Shown here one piece after another: positions 9,317 through 13,843 of a DNA stretch of 13,843 bases. The first letter of the stretch is position 1, and every line of letters starts with the position of its first letter. The position numbers were made by a program, and so were the translations under genes. The stretch lies in the UHGV virus genome UHGV-0253101; one strand, given 5' to 3'. This stretch comes from a virus. The notes below the pieces were generated by a model. The model had not been told where the DNA came from and made no database searches. It was given only the letters and a program-made list of their open reading frames with translations.

Positions 9317-9799
9317 TTATTTTATAGTTTTTATGAATTCTTTATTAAATCCCTTTGCTTCTCCGGGGTATCTTCCGAAGACAATTTTTATAAAAACAGA
9401 AAAAATAAAGATAGCAACGCTTAACAACAATTGCAGTATCATTGGAACCCAAAGAACTACAGGCTCTATATTCATGAAACCAAATATTCTTCCGGCGATC
9501 ATGGCGAAGTACCACACTGTTATCAGCAAACTTAGTGGCATATGAATTACTGATATTACCAATCCAAGAGCATCAGTAATTCTGTTTTCAAATTTTTCAG
9601 GGGAAAACTTTTCTTTAAGGTAATTCAGTGCGCAGGCCTCATTCTCTGGATTTTCAGCATTTTTCCCTATAGCAATAGAAATCTCAGATATCCTTGATTC
9701 AATTCTTTTACGTTTAATAAAACTAGAAAAAAAGAACCACGCAATCTGCAACCCTATCCCCAGAAATAGAGTTGCGGCAACTAGCACAGCGTAACTCAT
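9317..9799 (-). CDS. multi-pass membrane protein (161 aa); candidate SieA-like superinfection-exclusion protein, by position
   Basis: Internal start of tracked ORF 9317..10027 ([24 protein letters not shown]...) with AGGAGG upstream. About three hydrophobic helices (residues ~3-25, ~83-105, ~112-140) around a charged loop. Strongly AT-rich. Occupies the slot between gene 16 and mnt that holds sieA in P22. Confidence 0.55.
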   Translation of the reverse strand: MSYAVLVAATLFLGIGLQIAWFFFSSFIKRKRIESRISEISIAIGKNAENPENEACALNYLKEKFSPEKFENRITDALGLVISVIHMPLSLLITVWYFAMIAGRIFGFMNIEPVVLWVPMILQLLLSVAIFIFSVFIKIVFGRYPGEAKGFNKEFIKTIK

Positions 9800-9841
9800 A
9801 GAATCAGACACACCAACCTCCTTAGTTTTGCGCAGGATACC

Positions 9842-10207
9842 ATGAAAAAAGTTAACATTGGAAACGTACCAAAGATGCTCGTTCCGCTCTTTGAGAGCGG
9901 TACAATTGTGTTTTGTAGAGACTTTCCAGAATGGCAACGCCTGCATCAAAAACTTGGCGTTGACGTGCATGACTCGGACGCCAACGGAGCGTCTCATACA
10001 ATGAGTAGCGAGAATGGTGTTTTGCATGTGATAGGCGTGTTCAATGGCAAACTATCTACTATTGCCCATGAGTGCGCTCACATGGCATTCGATATCTGCT
10101 CAAGGGTAGGTGTTGATGTTGAACCAGGAAGAGCCAACGAGACTTACTGCTACTTAATGAGCAGGCTTGTTGAGTTCTGCGAGCGACATATCAAAAAGCC
10201 GGAGTGA
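9842..10207 (+). CDS. small HExxH-motif protein (121 aa), possible minimal zinc metallopeptidase-like protein
   Basis: Tracked ORF divergent from the membrane protein gene, with a 42-bp gap between them. H-E-C-A-H at residues 76-80 (10067..10081) within [11 protein letters not shown]. Several Cys/His residues. No confident family assignment. Confidence 0.5.
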   Translation: MKKVNIGNVPKMLVPLFESGTIVFCRDFPEWQRLHQKLGVDVHDSDANGASHTMSSENGVLHVIGVFNGKLSTIAHECAHMAFDICSRVGVDVEPGRANETYCYLMSRLVEFCERHIKKPE

Positions 10208-10220
10208 CCCGGCTTGATTA

Positions 10221-10400
10221 TTACTTTTTGCTGTCTGGAGTTCGCTTATCCAATACCCAGCCATGACCTGGCTTTGTTGTTGGTGGAAGCCTTTCGTTGT
10301 CCTTGACGGTTGCAAAATTGTCTTTCTTACCGCCGCGTGGGCCAACTTCTTGGTATATTCCGCCGTTTTTTCCTGTGTTTTCACCTGGTTTTTTCGCCAT
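10221..10400 (-). CDS. small basic Lys/Gly-rich protein (59 aa), tentatively YjzC-like
   Basis: Internal ATG of tracked ORF 10221..10415 with GAGG about 7 nt upstream. Protein MAKKPGENTGKNGGIYQEVGPRGGKKDNFATVKDNERLPPTTKPGHGWVLDKRTPDSKK. Family resemblance is from memory and uncertain. Confidence 0.4.
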   Translation of the reverse strand: MAKKPGENTGKNGGIYQEVGPRGGKKDNFATVKDNERLPPTTKPGHGWVLDKRTPDSKK

Positions 10401-10490
10401 GATATACCTCAACATACACCCGTTATTGGGCGATTAAATATTGATCTCATTTTATAAGTAGTCAATATGGCCCAGGTAAATGCAAAAATT

Positions 10491-10516
10491 AACCCACCTT
10501 CAGGTGGGTTTTTTGT
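10491..10516. terminator. rho-independent terminator-like hairpin overlapping the mnt stop codon, possibly bidirectional
   Basis: aacccacc-ttca-ggtgggtt is a perfect 8-bp stem followed by tttt on the plus strand. On the minus strand the same stem is followed by aattttt. Confidence 0.55.
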
Positions 10517-10751
10517 ACAAATCCTTCAGCGTATCAAACACCATCTTCTTAACAAGCTCTGACTGCTCATCAGCGATGCGTTCCGCATCGTCTCGATAGC
10601 CTGAAATTTTGGATGGCTTTGATACAGCATCAGTCACTATCTGAACTAATTCTGAATTAAGAGAGCGGCCATTGGATTTGGCTCGCTGTTTTAGTTTTTC
10701 CTTTAATTCGTAAGGTAGCCGCAGATTAAATTGCGGGTCATCTCTTCCCAT
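10500..10751 (-). CDS. mnt: Mnt repressor (83 aa), Arc/MetJ-type ribbon-helix-helix
   Basis: Protein MGRDDPQFNLRLPYELKEKLKQRAKSNGRSLNSELVQIVTDAVSKPS...DDAERIADEQSELVKKMVFDTLKDLYKKPT matches P22 Mnt closely as recalled, in length and sequence. Confidence 0.9.
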   Translation of the reverse strand: MGRDDPQFNLRLPYELKEKLKQRAKSNGRSLNSELVQIVTDAVSKPSKISGYRDDAERIADEQSELVKKMVFDTLKDLYKKPT

Positions 10752-10814
10752 TCTTGATGCCTCGCTTTTGTGAGTGGATCGGCATCTTATTATCTGCTGG
10801 TTGCATCCTCAATA

Positions 10815-10829
10815 AGACCACAGTGGTCT
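10815..10829. promoter_or_regulatory. putative Mnt operator: 15-bp palindrome AGACCAC-A-GTGGTCT
   Basis: Near-perfect dyad (7-bp arms) between the divergent mnt and tailspike starts. Resembles the P22 mnt operator core (GGTCCAC-G-GTGGACC as recalled). A partial half-site CACTGTGG lies at about 10852..10859. Confidence 0.5.
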
Positions 10830-10897
10830 CTTTGTTTGATTAATAATGCATCACTGTGGCAATGCTGCGGCGATTCCTTGTATCTGGAGCAAATTAA

Positions 10898-13843
10898 ATG
10901 ACAGACATTACAGCCAATGTTGTAGTGAGTATGCCTTCGCAACTCTTCACTATGGCGCGTTCTTTTAAAGCCGTAGCCAATGGCAAAATTTATATCGGTA
11001 AAATTGACACTGACCCGGTAAATCCTGAAAACCAGATTCAGGTTTATGTAGAGAACGAAGACGGTTCTCACATTCCTGTTTCGCAACCAATAATCATTAA
11101 CGCTGCTGGATATCCGGTATATAACGGACAGATTGCCAAATTCGTTACCGTGCAAGGCCATTCTATGGCTGTTTATGATGCGTATGGTGCGCAGCAGTTC
11201 TATTTTCCTAATGTGCTGAAGTATGATCCTGATCAGTTACGGCAGCAATTAGAAGACCCAGATGGAGCGAATAAATACCCAAAACTTCAGATAGCAAGAT
11301 GGAGAGACAGTTATGATGTAAGAGGTTGGGGGGCTATTGGTGATGGTGTTCATGATGACACATCAGCTCTATCAGAATTACTTTCTGTTGCAACAGGTGG
11401 TGAAAAGATAGATGGGCGAGGGCTTACTTTTAAAGTATCAACTCTTCCAGATGTCAGTCGATTTAAAAATGCTCGTTTTTTATTTGAGAGAATACCGGGT
11501 CAGCCTCTTTTTTATGCTTCTGAAGATTTTATCCAGGGAGAGTTATTTAAAATTACAGATACACCGTGGTACAACGCCTGGACGCAGGATAAAACGTTTG
11601 TATATGACAATGTCATCTATGCGCCTTTTATGGCTGGAGACCGCCATGGTGTAAATAACCTCCATGTTGCATGGGTTCGCTCAGGAGATGACGGGAAGAC
11701 CTGGACAACGCCGGAATGGCTTACAGATTTACATGAAAACTATCCCACAGTTAACTATCACTGCATGAGTATGGGGGTTGTCAGAAATCGCCTTTTTGCT
11801 GTAATTGAGACGCGGACCGTGAGCGGAAATAAACTGCAGGTTGCAGAGTTGTGGGATCGCCCAATGAGTCGCAGCCTTCGCGTTTATGGTGGTATAACGA
11901 AAGCAGCAAATCAGCAAGTCGCTTATATTCGCATTACTGATCACGGATTATTTGCTGGTGATTTTGTCAACTTCTCAAACTCTGGTGTTACAGGTGTTAC
12001 CGGGAATATGACGGTGACTACTGTTATTGATAAAAATACTTTTACAGTTACGACGCAAAATACCCAGGATGTGGATCAGAATAACGAGGGTAGATACTGG
12101 AGTTTTGGTACATCATTTCACTCGTCACCATGGAGAAAAACCAGTCTTGGAACTATTCCTTCTTTTGTTGACGGAAGCACTCCTGTTACTGAGATTCACA
12201 GTTTTGCGACGATTAGCGATAACAGTTTTGCTGTTGGCTACCATAATGGTGATATTGATCCACGCGAGCTTGGGATACTCTATTTCTCTGATGCTTTCGG
12301 TTCTCCTGGTAGCTTTGTTCGCAGACGCATACCTGTAGAATATGAGGCGAATGCATCTGAGCCATGTGTAAAATATTATGATGGCATTCTGTATCTGACG
12401 ACCAGGGGGACATTAAGTACTCAACCCGGTAGTTCATTGCACAGAAGCTCTGATTTAGGTACATCATGGAATTCTCTTCGCTTCCCAAATAATGTTCATC
12501 ACTCAAACCTTCCTTTTGCCAAAGTTGGCGATGAGCTGATTATTTTTGGCAGTGAGCGCGCATTTGGTGAGTGGGAAGGAGGAGAACCTGATAACCGTTA
12601 TGCAGGAAATTATCCAAGAACATTTATGACCAGAGTTAACGTCAATGAGTGGAGTCTGGATAATGTAGAGTGGGTTAATGTTACTGATCAGATTTATCAG
12701 GGCGGAATAGTTAACTCTGCGGTTGGTGTTGGTTCAGTTTGTATCAAAGACAACTGGCTGTACTACATTTTCGGTGGGGAAGACTTTCTAAACCCATGGA
12801 GCATAGGGGATAACAACAGAAAATATCCTTATGTTCACGATGGTCACCCGGCTGATTTGTATTGTTTCAGGGTGAAAATTAAACAGGAAGAATTTGTTTC
12901 AAGGGATTTTGTCTACGGAGCCACTCCTAACAGAACGCTTCCTACTTTTATGTCGACGTCAGGCGTGAGGACGGTTCCTGTACCCGTTGATTTCACAGAT
13001 GATGTTGCCGTCCAGTCACTGACTGTCCATGCAGGTACATCAGGACAAGTTCGCGCGGAAGTCAAACTTGAGGGTAATTACGCCATTATTGCGAAGAAAG
13101 TACCGTCTGATGATGTTACCGCTCAGAGATTAATCGTTAGCGGCGGTGAAACAACGTCTTCAGCAGATGGTGCAATGATAACGTTGCATGGTTCCGGAAG
13201 CAGTACTCCACGTCGCGCGGTATATAACGCACTCGAACATCTTTTTGAGAACGGAGATGTTAAACCTTATCTTGATAATGTAAATGCTCTTGGTGGTCCG
13301 GGAAACAGGTTCTCGACAGTTTATCTTGGCTCCAATCCTGTGGTTACCAGTGACGGAACATTAAAGACAGAGCCGGTCTCTCCTGACGAAGCATTGCTGG
13401 ATGCCTGGGGTGACGTCAGGTATATCGCTTATAAATGGCTGAACGCTGTCGCTATAAAGGGGGAAGAAGGGGCGAGGATACATCATGGTGTAATCGCGCA
13501 GCAACTTCGTGATGTTCTTATTTCTCACGGACTCATGGAAGAAGAAAGCACAACATGCCGCTATGCGTTTCTTTGCTATGACGATTATCCCGCAGTATAT
13601 GATGACGTCATTACTGGCCAAAGGGAAATGCCGCTGACTGATAATGACGGGAGCATCATTGTTGATGAGGATGATAATCCAGTGATGGTAATGGAAGACA
13701 TCATTGAGCGCGTTGAAATAACGCCAGCAGGATCTAGATGGGGGGTCAGACCTGATCTCTTATTCTATATCGAGGCGGCATGGCAGCGCAGAGAAATAGA
13801 AAGAATAAAAGCTAGGTTAGACTTAATAGAAGGGAAGCACTAA
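10898..13843 (+). CDS. tailspike protein (981 aa): P22 gp9-type head-binding domain, sialidase-like domain with two Asp-boxes (probable endosialidase) and C-terminal intramolecular-chaperone autoproteolytic domain
   Basis: GGAG about 8 nt before the ATG. N-terminus [50 protein letters not shown]...VLKYDPDQ is collinear with the P22 gp9 head-binding domain. Asp-boxes SGDDGKTW (11681..11704) and SSDLGTSW (12446..12469) fit the S-x-D-x-G-x-T-W consensus. The C-terminal ~160 aa ([10 protein letters not shown] ... [13 protein letters not shown] ...) resemble the peptidase S74 chaperone domain of endosialidases and some tail fibres. Confidence 0.9.
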   Translation: MTDITANVVVSMPSQLFTMARSFKAVANGKIYIGKIDTDPVNPENQIQVYVENEDGSHIPVSQPIIINAAGYPVYNGQIAKFVTVQGHSMAVYDAYGAQQFYFPNVLKYDPDQLRQQLEDPDGANKYPKLQIARWRDSYDVRGWGAIGDGVHDDTSALSELLSVATGGEKIDGRGLTFKVSTLPDVSRFKNARFLFERIPGQPLFYASEDFIQGELFKITDTPWYNAWTQDKTFVYDNVIYAPFMAGDRHGVNNLHVAWVRSGDDGKTWTTPEWLTDLHENYPTVNYHCMSMGVVRNRLFAVIETRTVSGNKLQVAELWDRPMSRSLRVYGGITKAANQQVAYIRITDHGLFAGDFVNFSNSGVTGVTGNMTVTTVIDKNTFTVTTQNTQDVDQNNEGRYWSFGTSFHSSPWRKTSLGTIPSFVDGSTPVTEIHSFATISDNSFAVGYHNGDIDPRELGILYFSDAFGSPGSFVRRRIPVEYEANASEPCVKYYDGILYLTTRGTLSTQPGSSLHRSSDLGTSWNSLRFPNNVHHSNLPFAKVGDELIIFGSERAFGEWEGGEPDNRYAGNYPRTFMTRVNVNEWSLDNVEWVNVTDQIYQGGIVNSAVGVGSVCIKDNWLYYIFGGEDFLNPWSIGDNNRKYPYVHDGHPADLYCFRVKIKQEEFVSRDFVYGATPNRTLPTFMSTSGVRTVPVPVDFTDDVAVQSLTVHAGTSGQVRAEVKLEGNYAIIAKKVPSDDVTAQRLIVSGGETTSSADGAMITLHGSGSSTPRRAVYNALEHLFENGDVKPYLDNVNALGGPGNRFSTVYLGSNPVVTSDGTLKTEPVSPDEALLDAWGDVRYIAYKWLNAVAIKGEEGARIHHGVIAQQLRDVLISHGLMEEESTTCRYAFLCYDDYPAVYDDVITGQREMPLTDNDGSIIVDEDDNPVMVMEDIIERVEITPAGSRWGVRPDLLFYIEAAWQRREIERIKARLDLIEGKH

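Noticed and set aside
9333-9545. 70-aa plus-strand ORF
   Set aside because: Antisense to the membrane-protein gene in an AT-rich region where random ORFs are common.
9800-10027. 5' extension of the membrane-protein ORF to 10027 (236-aa form)
   Set aside because: The extension would overlap the divergent HExxH gene by about 185 bp. An internal ATG with an AGGAGG site gives a compact 161-aa membrane protein.
10154-10457. Tracked ORFs 10154..10384 (-) and 10263..10457 (+)
   Set aside because: Alternative frames over the small basic protein gene. That frame was preferred for its ribosome-binding site and coherent composition, though all calls here are low-confidence.
10790-11161. 123-aa minus-strand ORF over the tailspike start
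   Set aside because: Antisense to the tailspike N-terminal domain, which is strongly supported, and it would run through the operator region.
11412-13621. Five tracked ORFs inside the tailspike gene
   Set aside because: Alternative-frame or antisense ORFs within a 981-aa gene that has coherent domain architecture.

Overview
This window reads as a degraded, mosaic enterobacterial prophage segment with P22-like late-region synteny and a lambda-type lysis cassette. All calls are from reading the sequence and recalled protein families; no searches were run. Left to right: the terminal 138 bp of an IS5 copy inserted into a small secreted-protein gene; an unrecognised two-gene operon on the minus strand; a lambda-type lysis cassette whose holin S survives only as a 3' remnant, followed by intact R, Rz and embedded Rz1; an AT-rich accessory island with a KilA-N protein, small ORFs and a minus-strand HEPN-like protein (Rx4H motif); small and large terminase genes, the large one apparently C-terminally truncated and abutting two ejection-protein-like genes with no portal, scaffold, coat or tail genes between them; a second AT-rich accessory cluster (multi-TM membrane protein, small HExxH protein, small basic protein); an Mnt repressor with a palindromic operator; and a 981-aa tailspike combining a P22 gp9-type head-binding domain, a sialidase-like domain with two Asp-boxes and a C-terminal chaperone domain. 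The best candidates for an undescribed system are the HEPN-like gene (3698..4222) and the membrane/HExxH/small-protein cluster (9317..10400), both at known phage accessory hotspots. No rRNA or CRISPR was seen, and tRNAs were not systematically searched.
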